DNA of 64,000 nucleotides from Candidatus Entotheonellaceae bacterium (GTDB lineage: Bacteria; Tectomicrobia; Entotheonellia; Entotheonellales; Entotheonellaceae): contig OZ250173.1 in NCBI GenBank assembly GCA_965238075.1, positions 3,008,001 through 3,072,000 on the forward strand. The letters run 5' to 3'. The stretch's first letter is position 1. Each line of letters begins with the position of its first letter. Shown piece by piece: positions 40,481 through 52,477 of the stretch. The notes beneath the pieces were generated by a model. It was given only the letters and a program-made list of their open reading frames with translations. It did not search any database and had not been told where the DNA came from. The position numbers were made by a program, and so were the translations under genes.

Positions 40481-41837
40481 GCCCCGAGGCGGAACGGCAC
40501 GGCAGACGGCTCTGCGCGCGCTCCACGCCATTGACGCGGAGCAGGCTTACACGGACGTGGCGCTGCGGCAGATGTTGGACGCCAGCGCCCTGGAGCGGCG
40601 GGACCGGGCTTTCGTGACGGCGTGTGTGTACGGCGCGGTGCGCTGGCAGGGCCGTATCGATTGGCTGCTGTCAAAGGCGTGTAGCCGCCCGCTCGACTCT
40701 CTGACGCCTTGGATTCGCAACATCCTCAGGCTGGGAGCTTATCAATGCTTGTGGATGGAACAGGTCCCACCTCGCGCGGCGGTGCATACCTCGGTGGAGT
40801 TGGCACGGCGTTTTGGGCACGCCGGGGTCGCCGGTCTGGTGAACGGCGTTCTGCGAACCCTGCTGCGGCGGCACACCACGTATGCTCTGCCGGACGCCGA
40901 CACGCAGCCGACAGCGCATCTCGCGGTGGCGCACTCGCATCCGCAATGGCTGGTTGAACGTTGGCTGGACCGTTACGGCTGGGCGCGTACGCAAGCCCTG
41001 TGCGCCGAGAATAATCGTCCCCGAGACGTCACCCTGCGGGTCAACACGTTGCGCACCACCCCGCAGGCTTTGGCGCAGCGCCTTGTGCAAGAGGGGCTGC
41101 GGCTGGTCAGGCCCTCCCGTCTGCTGGCGCAGGCGCTGGTCGTGCAGGGAACGAGTCGCCTGGACGCGCTGCCGAGTTACCGGGACGGCTTATTCCAGGT
41201 TCAGGACGAAGGCGCCATGCTGGTGGCGCCGTTGTGCCGGGCGCAGCCCGGACAGCGCGTGCTTGATGCCTGTGCAGCGCCGGGCGGCAAGACGACTCAC
41301 TTAGCCCAGCTTATGGGCGACACAGGGCGGATTTTGGCCTGCGACGGGCAGGCGAGCCGCTTGCAGTTTCTGGATGCCAACGTGCGGCGTCTGCGGTTGA
41401 CGAGCATCACCCACGCGGTGTCGGACAGCACCGGGCCGCTGCCGTGGTCGGGTGTTTTCGACCGTATTCTCGTGGATGCGCCGTGTTCCGGGCTGGGCGT
41501 GCTGAGCCGTCATCCTGACATCAAGTGGCGCAAAGGCTCCGAGGATCTGCAGGGCTTGCAAGCCACGCAGCTGGCGCTGCTTGAGGCGCAGCACCGCTGC
41601 CTCGCCGCTGATGGGTTGATGGTGTATAGTGTGTGCTCCAACGAGCTGGAGGAGACGCGCGACGTGGTGCGGACGTTCCTGGAGCGCCACCCGGAACTGC
41701 GGCTCGACGCGGTGGCCGGTGACCTTCCAAAAGAACTCGATCAGCATTCTTCCCAAATCGAAACCCTTGACCTGACGCCGGAGCAATATGGTACCGAGGG
41801 CGTCTTTGCGGCCCGTTTTCGCGCACGAAATTCGTAA
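40467..41837 (+). CDS. rsmB: 16S rRNA m5C967 methyltransferase
   Basis: NusB-like N-terminus, SHPQW, DACAAPGGKT, DAPCSG, YSVCS. Confidence 0.95.
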   Translation: MPGIEPRGGTARQTALRALHAIDAEQAYTDVALRQMLDASALERRDRAFVTACVYGAVRWQGRIDWLLSKACSRPLDSLTPWIRNILRLGAYQCLWMEQVPPRAAVHTSVELARRFGHAGVAGLVNGVLRTLLRRHTTYALPDADTQPTAHLAVAHSHPQWLVERWLDRYGWARTQALCAENNRPRDVTLRVNTLRTTPQALAQRLVQEGLRLVRPSRLLAQALVVQGTSRLDALPSYRDGLFQVQDEGAMLVAPLCRAQPGQRVLDACAAPGGKTTHLAQLMGDTGRILACDGQASRLQFLDANVRRLRLTSITHAVSDSTGPLPWSGVFDRILVDAPCSGLGVLSRHPDIKWRKGSEDLQGLQATQLALLEAQHRCLAADGLMVYSVCSNELEETRDVVRTFLERHPELRLDAVAGDLPKELDQHSSQIETLDLTPEQYGTEGVFAARFRARNS

Positions 41838-41854
41838 CGTTGAGGAAGTCCCGC

Positions 41855-42502
41855 ATGGTGAAGATCGCTCCTTCGATACTGGCGGCGGATTTCACCCGTT
41901 TGGGTGAAGAGATCGCCAAGGTCGAGGCCGCTGGGGCCGACCTGTTGCACGTCGACGTGATGGATGGCCATTTCGTGCCTAGCCTGACTATCGGCCCGCC
42001 CGTGATCAAGGCCATCAAGGCGGTCACCAAGCTGCCGTTGGACGTTCATTTGATGGTCGAGCAACCGGACGCCCTGTTGCCGGATTTCATCGACGCCGGC
42101 AGTGACAATCTGACGGTTCACGTCGAAGCCTGCCGCCACCTGCACCGCACCATCCAGTCCATCAAGGATGCCGGGGTGCGCGCCAGTGTCGTCTTGAATC
42201 CCGCCACCTCGCTGCACGCTCTGGACGAGATCCTTTCCGAGGTGCATATGGTGCTCCTGATGTCGGTGAACCCGGGCTTCGGCGGGCAACGTTTTCTGCC
42301 CGCGACGCTCGACAAAATCCGCGCGCTCAGGGCGCGGATCGGGGAACGCCAGTTGCCGGTGGACATCGAGGTTGACGGCGGGGTGAAGGCCCATAATGCT
42401 GCCGATATTTGCGCTGCCGGTGCCGACGTTCTGGTGGCCGGCACGGCGATCTTCGGGCAGCCGGATTACGGGGCGGCCATCCGGGCATTACGGGCTGCAT
42501 AG
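41855..42502 (+). CDS. rpe: Ribulose-phosphate 3-epimerase
   Basis: IAPSIL, HVDVMDGHFVP, MSVNPGFGGQ, VDGG. Confidence 0.97.
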   Translation: MVKIAPSILAADFTRLGEEIAKVEAAGADLLHVDVMDGHFVPSLTIGPPVIKAIKAVTKLPLDVHLMVEQPDALLPDFIDAGSDNLTVHVEACRHLHRTIQSIKDAGVRASVVLNPATSLHALDEILSEVHMVLLMSVNPGFGGQRFLPATLDKIRALRARIGERQLPVDIEVDGGVKAHNAADICAAGADVLVAGTAIFGQPDYGAAIRALRAA

Positions 42503-42616
42503 GGGTGCCGCTCGGCCTGCCAGGGGGCCGCGGCGCTTGACAAGGGGCCAGAAAACACAATAATTCCCCAATCCTCCGGCATTTTACTTGGCCCTTTGGA
42601 GACCCAAGGACGCGGC

Positions 42617-43954
42617 ATGTTTGAATCCCTTTCCGCAAAACTCGACGGCATTTTTTCCCAGCTGCGCGGGCGCGGCAAGCTGACGGAAGCCAACATTAAA
42701 GAGGCGACGCGCGAAATCCGGCTGGCGCTTCTGGAAGCGGACGTCAACTTTCAGGTCGTCAAGGACTTTGTGCAGCGGGTGCGTGAGCAGGCTCTCGGGC
42801 AGGAAGTCATGCGTAGCCTGACGCCGGGCCATCAGGTGGTGAAGATTGTCCGTGACGAATTGACGACCCTTATGGGTTCGCAGCACGTGCCGCTTACCAT
42901 GGCGTCGCAACCGCCGACCACCTTCCTTCTGGTTGGCCTGCAGGGTTCCGGGAAGACCACCTCGGCAGCCAAGCTTGCCAGGAAATTGCAGGACATGGGA
43001 CGCCGCCCTTTGTTGGTGGCGGCCGACGTGTATCGCCCCGCGGCGATGGAGCAATTGCGCCTGCTTGGCGAGCAGCTCGAGGTTCCCGTGGTGGTGCGAC
43101 AGGATTCCCGCGATCCGGTTGACATCTGTCGGCAGGCTTTCGAGGAGGCGCCTCAGCATCAGGCCGACGCCATCGTCATTGACACGGCGGGACGGTTGCA
43201 GATTGACGAGACGCTGATGCAAGAACTGGCGGAGATCAAGACGGCCACCAATCCCCGCTACACGTTTCTCGTGGTCGATGCGATGACCGGGCAAGAGGCG
43301 GTCAACGTGGCAACGGCCTTCAACGAGGCGGTGAGCATTGAGGGGGTGATTCTCACCAAGCTGGACGGCGATGCCCGGGGCGGGGCGGCGTTGTCGATCC
43401 AGGCGGTGGTCGGCAAGCCCATCCAATTCGTCGGGGTTGGTGAAAGGCTGGACGCCTTGGAAGCCTTCCACCCGGAGCGCATGGCGTCGCGGCTCCTCGG
43501 CATGGGCGATGTGTTGACGCTCATCGAAAAGGCCGAGCAGGCCATTGACCCCGAATCGGTTGCGGACCTTGAGTCGAAGATGCGCCAGGCGAGCTTCACG
43601 CTCGAGGACTTTCAAAGCCAATTGCGTCAGGTCAAGCAGATGGGGCCGCTGGAGAATCTGATGGAATTGATTCCGGGCCTCAAGGGCGCCAAGCTCCCGG
43701 TGGCCGGTGAGAAGGACTTGAAGAAGGTTGAGGCCATCATTGGTTCCATGACCTTGGTCGAACGTCGCAATCCGGCCCTGATCAACGGCAACCGGCGGAA
43801 GCGCATCGCCTTCGGCAGCGGCACCCGGGTGGAGGACGTCAATCGCTTACTGAAACAGTTCGGTCAGATGCGCAAGCTCATGAAGTCGATGATGAATGGC
43901 AAGGGCAAGAGCCGTCGCAGGTGGGCGGGAATGCCCATGGTACGACCCTTTTGA
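42617..43954 (+). CDS. ffh: Signal recognition particle protein
   Basis: ALLEADV, GLQGSGKTT, DTAGR, TKLDG, Met-rich M domain. Confidence 0.98.
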   Translation: MFESLSAKLDGIFSQLRGRGKLTEANIKEATREIRLALLEADVNFQVVKDFVQRVREQALGQEVMRSLTPGHQVVKIVRDELTTLMGSQHVPLTMASQPPTTFLLVGLQGSGKTTSAAKLARKLQDMGRRPLLVAADVYRPAAMEQLRLLGEQLEVPVVVRQDSRDPVDICRQAFEEAPQHQADAIVIDTAGRLQIDETLMQELAEIKTATNPRYTFLVVDAMTGQEAVNVATAFNEAVSIEGVILTKLDGDARGGAALSIQAVVGKPIQFVGVGERLDALEAFHPERMASRLLGMGDVLTLIEKAEQAIDPESVADLESKMRQASFTLEDFQSQLRQVKQMGPLENLMELIPGLKGAKLPVAGEKDLKKVEAIIGSMTLVERRNPALINGNRRKRIAFGSGTRVEDVNRLLKQFGQMRKLMKSMMNGKGKSRRRWAGMPMVRPF

Positions 43955-43992
43955 GGGGTGATCTTTTTACAATTTCAACATGAGGTGTTCGA

Positions 43993-44274
43993 GTGGCTGT
44001 TCGTATTCGCCTGAAACGCATGGGCGCCAAGAAGCGTCCTTTCTATCGTATTATCGTAGCCGACGCGCGAGCGCCGCGTGACGGTCGGTTCATTGAGACA
44101 TTGGGGACCTACAACCCGCTTACGGAGCCGTCTGAGGTGAAGCTGGCGGAAGACAAAGTCCGCCTGTGGCTGGCGCGGGGAGCGCAGCCCTCCGACCCTG
44201 TGCGCGATATCTTGAAACGTCAGGGGTTGTTGGGTTCGGGAAGCGCCGTTGCGGAGTCTGAGGAAGAAAGCTGA
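43993..44274 (+). CDS. rpsP: 30S ribosomal protein S16
   Basis: [25 protein letters not shown]. Confidence 0.98.
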   Translation: MAVRIRLKRMGAKKRPFYRIIVADARAPRDGRFIETLGTYNPLTEPSEVKLAEDKVRLWLARGAQPSDPVRDILKRQGLLGSGSAVAESEEES

Positions 44275-44307
44275 TCGCCTGTAACCGGTGGCAGGGAATC
44301 CGACAGG

Positions 44308-44820
44308 ATGGAGCACGAAAAGCTCGTTGCCATTGGTCGTTTTACGAAGCCGCATGGCGTTCGGGGCGAGTTGGTTTTCCTGCCGTATGTGTCCGACGTG
44401 GCGCTGCTGCCCGAACTCAGCGAACGGCAGGTGCGGATACGGCACAAGACGGCCCCCGTGCAGACATGCACGATTCTGGCGTGGCGCATGGCCCATAGCC
44501 GGGTGCTGGTGCAAATCGAAAGCTGTCGAGACCTATCCGAGGCGGAATTACTGCGAGATTACGAAATGGTCGTCCCGTGCCAGTGGTTTTCTCCCTTGCC
44601 CGTCGGTGAATACTACTGGTTTGAAATCGAAGGTCTGACCGTGTACGCCGGCGACGGACAGGCGTTGGGCATCGTGACGGACATCATTCACACCGGCAGC
44701 AACGATGTCTACGTTGTCAGCCATGATGACCGCGAGACCCTGGTGCCAGCCCTTAAGGACATTGTCCGCACCATCGACCTGGAGGGCGGCGCGATGTACC
44801 TCCACAACCTACCCGGCTGA
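44308..44820 (+). CDS. rimM: Ribosome maturation factor
   Basis: KPHGVRGE, EYYWFEIEG, TGSNDVY. Confidence 0.93.
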   Translation: MEHEKLVAIGRFTKPHGVRGELVFLPYVSDVALLPELSERQVRIRHKTAPVQTCTILAWRMAHSRVLVQIESCRDLSEAELLRDYEMVVPCQWFSPLPVGEYYWFEIEGLTVYAGDGQALGIVTDIIHTGSNDVYVVSHDDRETLVPALKDIVRTIDLEGGAMYLHNLPG

Positions 44821-44835
44821 ACTGATCCGTGCACG

Positions 44836-45582
44836 ATGGACGTTCATATCCTCACCATTTTTCCCGGCATGTTCGTCTCACCCCTACAGGCGAGCATCCT
44901 GCAGCGGGCGCAGACGCACCAGCACCTTCGCGTGACCGTGCATGACCTGCGCGATTTTGCTTCGGGGCGGCATCGGGTAACCGACGACAGCCCCTACGGC
45001 GGCGGCGCCGGCATGGTGATGAAGCCGGAGCCGATTGTCGCGGGCATTCAGGCGCTGCAGGAACGCTTTGGCCCGGCTTACGTCATGTTGATGAGCCCGC
45101 AGGGCAGGGTGCTCGATCAGGAATTTGCCAAGACTTTACTGGGTCATTCATGCGTGGTGCTCATTTGCGGCCGCTACAGCGGGATCGACGCCCGCGTCAT
45201 GCCGTACATTGACGCCGAACTTTCGATTGGCGATTACGTGTTGACGGGCGGCGAGTTGCCGGCCATGGTGGTGTTGGACGTGGTGGGGCGGATGATTCCC
45301 GGCGTTGTAGGAGATCGCCAATCGGTGGAGGAGGATTCGTTTTTCAACGGCCTGTTGCAGGGGCCGCAATACACGCGGCCGGAAACCTTTGACGGCGCCC
45401 GCGTACCGGCTATTCTGTTGTCCGGAGACCACGCCGCGATTGCCGAATGGCGGCACCGGCAGGCCCTGCAGACGACGCTGCAAAGGCGTCCGGACCTGTT
45501 GGGGCGCGTTCCGCTGACGCCTCAGGACCGAGCGATTCTGCGGGAAATCGGCCGCGAAGAAACGAACCCGCATGAGCCATGA
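44836..45582 (+). CDS. trmD: tRNA (guanine-N1) methyltransferase
   Basis: DDSPYGGGAGMV, SPQG, SIGDYVLTGGE, YTRP, LLSGDH. Confidence 0.95.
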   Translation: MDVHILTIFPGMFVSPLQASILQRAQTHQHLRVTVHDLRDFASGRHRVTDDSPYGGGAGMVMKPEPIVAGIQALQERFGPAYVMLMSPQGRVLDQEFAKTLLGHSCVVLICGRYSGIDARVMPYIDAELSIGDYVLTGGELPAMVVLDVVGRMIPGVVGDRQSVEEDSFFNGLLQGPQYTRPETFDGARVPAILLSGDHAAIAEWRHRQALQTTLQRRPDLLGRVPLTPQDRAILREIGREETNPHEP

Positions 45583-46138
45583 CCGCCCTCAGTTGTTCGT
45601 CGCGCTGTTGCATTTTCCCGTGTATAACAAGAACCGTGAGGTGATTGCCACCTCGCTGACGACAGTCAACCTGCACGATCTCGCCCGGTTGGTCACGACG
45701 TATGGCGTCATGGGCTGTTACGTGGTGACGCCGTTCCAGCGCCAGCGCGAGCTGGCCTGTCGGATGATCGTTCACTGGACCGAAGGATACGGTGCTGCCT
45801 ATAATTCGACGCGCGCCGAGGCGCTGCAGCATCTCTGCATCGTCGACAGCCTTGCGGAGGTCGAGCAGGACATTTCGCGGCGATGTGGAAGCGCACCCCA
45901 TACCATTGCAACGGATGCACGACGGTTTCCCCAGTGCACGTCGTACGCCGACCTGCGAGACATCATTTGGCGGCAGCGGGAGGCTTTCCTGCTGCTTTTG
46001 GGGACGGGGTGGGGACTTACGGACGAACTGATGGCTGGCTGTAACTACATCCTGGCTCCCATTGCTGTTGGTACCCGATACAATCACCTGCCGGTACGGG
46101 TCGCGGCGGGTATTATGCTCGACCGACTGCTCGGTTGA
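45572..46138 (+). CDS. SPOUT-class RNA methyltransferase (TrmD-associated, DUF2168-like)
   Basis: ALLHFPVYNK, LHDLAR, GTGWGL, YNHLPVR...LDRL. Confidence 0.85.
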   Translation: MSHDRPQLFVALLHFPVYNKNREVIATSLTTVNLHDLARLVTTYGVMGCYVVTPFQRQRELACRMIVHWTEGYGAAYNSTRAEALQHLCIVDSLAEVEQDISRRCGSAPHTIATDARRFPQCTSYADLRDIIWRQREAFLLLLGTGWGLTDELMAGCNYILAPIAVGTRYNHLPVRVAAGIMLDRLLG

Positions 46139-46193
46139 GTCGACGCGATGGGAAGAGCCGGGCCCCTTCATATTTTGTTGAGGAAATAGCGTT

Positions 46194-46544
46194 ATGCATG
46201 CGTTAATGGATATCGAACAAACCCAGATGAAGCGCGATCTGCCCGAGTTTCGTGCCGGCGATACGGTGCGGGTGCAGGTGCGCATTATTGAGGGCACCCG
46301 CGAGCGCGTGCAGGCGTTCCAGGGCGTGGTGCTTGCCATCAGTGGCAGCGGCGTGCGTCGTACCTTCACCGTGCGCAAGGTTTCCTCGGGCATCGGGGTG
46401 GAGCGAGTTTTCCCTTTGCATTCGCCCAGGATTGACGCCATTGAAGTCGTGCGGCGCGGACGGGTTCGCCGCGCCAAGCTGTTTTACCTACGCAAGCTGA
46501 GGGGCAAAGCGGCGCGCATCAAAGAGCGTCGTACGCGCGTCTGA
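46194..46544 (+). CDS. rplS: 50S ribosomal protein L19
   Basis: [29 protein letters not shown]. Confidence 0.98.
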   Translation: MHALMDIEQTQMKRDLPEFRAGDTVRVQVRIIEGTRERVQAFQGVVLAISGSGVRRTFTVRKVSSGIGVERVFPLHSPRIDAIEVVRRGRVRRAKLFYLRKLRGKAARIKERRTRV

Positions 46545-46555
46545 GGATCCGGTGC

Positions 46556-47206
46556 ATGGCCCAGCGCGACATCTCCGGCGTGTCTCACTTGCCGTTCGAA
46601 CAGGAGGCACGTCAGGCAGGGTATCGCACCATCGCCGGCATTGATGAAGCGGGGCGCGGGCCGCTGGCGGGTCCAGTGGTTGCCGCTGCCGTGTGCCTTC
46701 CTTCCGCACATGACGTTCCAGGACTGCAGGACTCGAAGCGTCTGACGGAGCGCCAGCGAGAGGCGGTTTACCGGCTTATCTTGCGTGCAACTTTGGCGTA
46801 TGGTGTCGGCGTTGTGTCGCACCGGCTGATTGACCGGCATCACATCCTGTGGGCGACAAAGGAAGCCATGTTGCGGGCGGTGAGGCAACTTGCGAGGGTT
46901 CCCGACCTGTTGCTGATTGACGGCCCGATATCGCTGTCGACCGCCATCGATCAACGCCCTATCGTGCGCGGCGATGCCTCCTGCGCCTCCATTGCCGCCG
47001 CATCCGTGATCGCCAAGGTGACGCGTGACCGTATGATGGTGGCTTATGGCAAGCGTTATCCTGCTTACGGTTTTGCGCGGCATAAAGGCTATCCCACCCG
47101 TGACCATTACGCGCGCCTGCGCGCCCATGGTGCCTGTGCCATTCATCGGCTCAGTTTTCGCGGCGTGCTCGATCCGACACCAGCTTCCGGCAAGGCCGAT
47201 TCATGA
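46556..47206 (+). CDS. rnhB: Ribonuclease HII
   Basis: GIDEAGRGPLAGPV, DSK, IAAASVIAKV, HKGY. Confidence 0.97.
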   Translation: MAQRDISGVSHLPFEQEARQAGYRTIAGIDEAGRGPLAGPVVAAAVCLPSAHDVPGLQDSKRLTERQREAVYRLILRATLAYGVGVVSHRLIDRHHILWATKEAMLRAVRQLARVPDLLLIDGPISLSTAIDQRPIVRGDASCASIAAASVIAKVTRDRMMVAYGKRYPAYGFARHKGYPTRDHYARLRAHGACAIHRLSFRGVLDPTPASGKADS

Positions 47207-47586
47207 CCAAGTGGCGCCTGAGACGCGGTGCGCAGGGTGAGCAGATAGCCGTCGATTATCTGAAACGTCTTGGCTATCGCATCCAGCAACGAAATTACCG
47301 TTGCAAGCAGGGCGAGATCGACATCATTGCCTGGGACGGTGCGGCGTTGGTCTTTGTCGAGGTCAAGACCAAGAGTCGAACGGACTTCGGCGCGCCGCAA
47401 GCGATGGTCACCAGACAAAAGCAGGCGAAGATCGTGCACGTTGCGATGGCCTACGTCCAGGAACATCAGGTACGAGATACCGACCTGCGGTTTGACGTGG
47501 TGGCCGTTACCTGCCCGCCGGATGCGGCACCGGAGGTGGTGCACGTGCCGGCGGCGTTCGATGCTTCCCCGCAGTTTCTCTATTGA
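47203..47586 (+). CDS. yraN: YraN-family (UPF0102) protein
   Basis: GEQIA, GEIDII, FVEVK, RFDVV. Confidence 0.93.
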   Translation: MTKWRLRRGAQGEQIAVDYLKRLGYRIQQRNYRCKQGEIDIIAWDGAALVFVEVKTKSRTDFGAPQAMVTRQKQAKIVHVAMAYVQEHQVRDTDLRFDVVAVTCPPDAAPEVVHVPAAFDASPQFLY

Positions 47587-47614
47587 CTGGGGATCGCCGA
47601 AGGTTGGCGTTGTC

Positions 47615-47643
47615 TTGACAAAGGTTGCCCGGCTATCTATCTT
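47615..47643 (+). promoter_or_regulatory. sigma70 promoter of the rplM operon
   Basis: TTGACA-17nt-TATCTT. Confidence 0.7.
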
Positions 47644-47697
47644 GGTGCCTTGCGTTTTGCAAGGCACCGCCATATTTCACGGTACGGAGTTGCAATC

Positions 47698-48129
47698 ATG
47701 CGGACAGTCTCCATTCGTAAGGAAGACGTCACTCATAGTTGGTACGTCGTTGATGCAGAGAACAAAGTCTTGGGCCGACTCGCCTGTGAGGTGGCGAAGA
47801 TTCTTCGCGGCAAGCACAAACCGATCTATACACCCCACGTTGATACGGGCGATTACGTCGTCGTTGTGAATGCGGACAAGGTCGTTCTGACGGGTAAGAA
47901 ATGGGCGCAGAAGCTGTATCGCTGGCATACCGGGTACCCCGGAGGGTTTCGGGAAGTGACCGCCGAGAAGATGCATCAGCGTAAGCCCACGCGGCTCCTT
48001 GAGTTGGCGGTGCGGGGCATGCTCCCGAAAACCAAACTGGGGCGGGCCATGTATCGCAAGCTGAAGGTGTATACCACGCCCACGCATCCGCACGCGAGCC
48101 AGCAGCCGCAGCCCTTGGACATTAATTGA
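47698..48129 (+). CDS. rplM: 50S ribosomal protein L13
   Basis: WYVVDA, LRGKHKP, GMLPK. Confidence 0.98.
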   Translation: MRTVSIRKEDVTHSWYVVDAENKVLGRLACEVAKILRGKHKPIYTPHVDTGDYVVVVNADKVVLTGKKWAQKLYRWHTGYPGGFREVTAEKMHQRKPTRLLELAVRGMLPKTKLGRAMYRKLKVYTTPTHPHASQQPQPLDIN

Positions 48130-48193
48130 GTTTTGTCTGCCAGGCGGATGGCGCTTGGCAGTCCATTTGATGGCACACGGTTTTGGAGAGGGT

Positions 48194-48589
48194 ATGGCAG
48201 AACAGTTTCGCTACTACGACACGGGCAAACGAAAATCCGCGATTGCCCGTGTATGGCTTATGGCTGGGGACGGCAAGATTTCCATCAATCGCCGCCCGTT
48301 CGAGGATTACTTCCCGCTTGAAACCCACAAGACCTCCGTTGAGTCTCCCCTCAAACTCACCAACACCCTTGGTCAGTATGACGCCTACATCACTGTACGC
48401 GGCGGCGGCGTGTCCGGGCAGGCCAGTGCGATCCGGCACGGCATCGCCAAGAGCCTGTTGCATCTGGATGCGACGTTTCGACCGATACTGAAGCAAGCGG
48501 GTTTTCTGACGCGTGATTCACGCATCAAGGAACGGAAAAAGTATGGACAGAAGAAAGCGCGCAAGCGTTTTCAATACTCCAAACGCTAA
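48194..48589 (+). CDS. rpsI: 30S ribosomal protein S9
   Basis: [23 protein letters not shown]. Confidence 0.98.
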   Translation: MAEQFRYYDTGKRKSAIARVWLMAGDGKISINRRPFEDYFPLETHKTSVESPLKLTNTLGQYDAYITVRGGGVSGQASAIRHGIAKSLLHLDATFRPILKQAGFLTRDSRIKERKKYGQKKARKRFQYSKR

Positions 48590-48663
48590 GGCAACGAACG
48601 CTGCACCGGCTGCCATGGCAGTGTTGCACAGTTGACCCGTGCTGGGGCCAGGCACAGGAGGAG

Positions 48664-49530
48664 GTGAACCTTTTGGCAACAATTACCATCCGACAATTAT
48701 TAGAGTCCGGGGCGCACTTCGGGCACCAGACAAATCGCTGGAACCCGAAAATGAAGCGGTATATTTTCGGGGCGCGGAAGGGTATCTATGTCGTTGATCT
48801 ACAACAGACGTTAGAGCGTTTTCGCGAGGCATACGACTTCGTTCGCCGCACAACATCGCGTGGGGCCCACATCCTGTTCGTCGGCACGAAGAAGCAGGCG
48901 CAGGACATCGTGGGCAGTGAGGCGACGCGCGCTCAGCAGCATTATGTGAATCAACGGTGGCTGGGCGGCATGCTGACGAATTTTTCGACGATTAAGAACA
49001 GCCTCGGGCGACTCAAAGAGTTTGAGCACATGCAGGAAATGGGCATGTGGGAGAGCCTGCCCAAGAAAGAAGTGTTGCAGTTGCAAAAGAAGGCCGACAA
49101 GCTTGAGAAGTTGCTGGGCGGCATCAAGTCGATGGAAGCCCTGCCGGGCGCCCTTTTCGTTATTGATTGCAAGAAAGAAAAGATCGCCATTAGTGAAGCC
49201 AAGAAACTCGGTATTCCGACGGTTGCGATCGTCGATACCAATTGCAACCCGGATGACATTGACTACGTCATTCCAGGCAATGACGATGCGACCCGCGCCA
49301 TTCGGCTGATGACCTCGCAAATTGCGCAGGCCGCTATCGAGGGGATACATGAGCGTCAAGCCGCTTCGCTGAAAGAGGAAAGCGCTGTCTCGACGCCGTC
49401 GCAGGAGGAATTGAGCCCCGCGGACGCTCAGGCTGAGGCCGCCCAGCCCGAGGCGGCTGTCGAACCCGCGGTTGCCGTCACGGCCTCGAGTGAGGTTGAC
49501 CCGCCCGCAGAATTGCCTGCCGAAGATTAA
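48664..49530 (+). CDS. rpsB: 30S ribosomal protein S2 (GTG 48664 or TTG 48673 start)
   Basis: [27 protein letters not shown]; acidic tail. Confidence 0.98.
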   Translation: MNLLATITIRQLLESGAHFGHQTNRWNPKMKRYIFGARKGIYVVDLQQTLERFREAYDFVRRTTSRGAHILFVGTKKQAQDIVGSEATRAQQHYVNQRWLGGMLTNFSTIKNSLGRLKEFEHMQEMGMWESLPKKEVLQLQKKADKLEKLLGGIKSMEALPGALFVIDCKKEKIAISEAKKLGIPTVAIVDTNCNPDDIDYVIPGNDDATRAIRLMTSQIAQAAIEGIHERQAASLKEESAVSTPSQEELSPADAQAEAAQPEAAVEPAVAVTASSEVDPPAELPAED

Positions 49531-49561
49531 GTAAGCTCAGGGGGAAGAAGAAGGAAGGATT

Positions 49562-50161
<600 letters not shown>

Positions 50162-50197
50162 GCCGCGGCCCTTGATATGGGCTGCTCTCATGCGTAA

Positions 50198-50931
<734 letters not shown>

Positions 50932-50932
<1 letters not shown>

Positions 50933-51489
50933 TGCTGGATGACGTCTACCACGAAGTGGATCACAAAATGGAGCGCTCGTTAGCCGCCCTCCGCAAAGAG
51001 CTGTCCCGAATCCGTACCGGGCGCGCCACACTGGCGCTTTTGGAGGGGATCGACGTGGATTACTACGGTACCACCACGCCTTTGGATCAGATGGCCACCC
51101 TGGCGGCTCCTGAAAGCCGTTTGCTGACCATTCAGCCGTGGGACAAATCGCAGGTCGGGCTCGTTGAAAAGGCCATTCAGCGCTCCGATTTGGGGTTGAC
51201 GCCCATGAACGACGGCAAGATCATCCGACTGGCGATCCCGCCGCTGACCACCGAGCGCCGCAAGGATTTGGTCAAGAAGGTCAAGAAGATTGGTGAAGAC
51301 GCGAAAGTCGCCCTGCGCAATGTTCGCCGCGAGGGCAACGAAACACTCAAGGACCTGGAAAAGACCAAGGACATCTCCCAGGACGATTTGCGCCGTGGGC
51401 AGGAGCAAGTCCAGAATATTACTGATCGCTTCATTTCTCAGGTCGATGACGTTTTGAACGCCAAGGAACACGAGATTCTGGAGGTCTAG
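50932..51489 (+). CDS. frr: Ribosome recycling factor
   Basis: IRTGRA, VDYYG, PPLTTERR, RNVRR. Confidence 0.98.
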
Positions 51490-51625
51490 CAGGAATGTCC
51501 GTCGTCTTTTAATGAGAATTGCCCAGGTGTGGCTCCGCGCTGCTCAGTTGTCCCGATTCCGGGTTCAACATGTTGTCCCTGATAACTGAGAGCGTTTCCG
51601 TGCTGTTTAGCGGTGTGGACGGCTC

Positions 51626-52441
51626 ATGGAACAATTGCGGCGTGTGATCAGTGCCTTGGTAATTCTTCCCCCCTTCATTCTTATCCTTCTGTACGCGCCT
51701 GTTGAACTGTTTTCCCTTCTCGTCCTGGCCGTCAGCATCCTGGCTTTACACGAATACAGCACCCTGTTGAAACAGATAAACTTGCCCATCGGTAGCGGGG
51801 CTTGTTACGTTGCGGCCTTTGCCCTGACGGTGGCGGCCTATCTGGGCGGCTGGCCTTGGCTTTCGCCGGCGCTGTTCCTCAGCCTCTTGCTGCACACCCT
51901 GACCGCTATCATCTCTTCGCAGGGCGTGTCCGGTAAATTTTCCATGGTGTTGCACGGCGCTTTCGGCGTCCTTGGCATTGCCTGGTGCCTCAGCCACTTT
52001 ATCGTTCTACGCGGCATGCAGGCGGGGCAATGGTACCTGCTTTTCATGTGCATCACGGTGTGGGTTAGTGACTCCATGGCCATGTATACTGGGAAGTTCC
52101 TGGGACGCCGCCGACTGGCCGGATCGCTCAGCCCCGGTAAAACCTGGGAAGGCGCCATAGGGGGGGCGATGAGCGGTGTGGTGACCGCCGGGGCGACGGC
52201 ACCGTTCCTGGTACCTCAACTGCTGCTGTGGCAAGGCGTGCTGCTCGGTTTCCTGATAACGCTTGCGGCTCAGATCAGTGATTTGGGAGAATCAATGCTC
52301 AAACGCTACACCGGCGCAAAAGACTCCAGCGGGCTCATTCCCGGCCACGGGGGTGGTCTGGACCGTATCGATAGCATGCTGTTCGCTGCCCCGACGTTGT
52401 GCTACGCGCTTGAATTGCTGGGCAAGGCGTCCGCTGCCTGA
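51626..52441 (+). CDS. cdsA: Phosphatidate cytidylyltransferase
   Basis: SPGKTWEG, DLGESMLKR, KDS...PGHGG..DRIDS. Confidence 0.95.
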   Translation: MEQLRRVISALVILPPFILILLYAPVELFSLLVLAVSILALHEYSTLLKQINLPIGSGACYVAAFALTVAAYLGGWPWLSPALFLSLLLHTLTAIISSQGVSGKFSMVLHGAFGVLGIAWCLSHFIVLRGMQAGQWYLLFMCITVWVSDSMAMYTGKFLGRRRLAGSLSPGKTWEGAIGGAMSGVVTAGATAPFLVPQLLLWQGVLLGFLITLAAQISDLGESMLKRYTGAKDSSGLIPGHGGGLDRIDSMLFAAPTLCYALELLGKASAA

Positions 52442-52477
52442 GGAAGTGCCTTTCAGAGGGATTAGGGAGGCGTTTGT

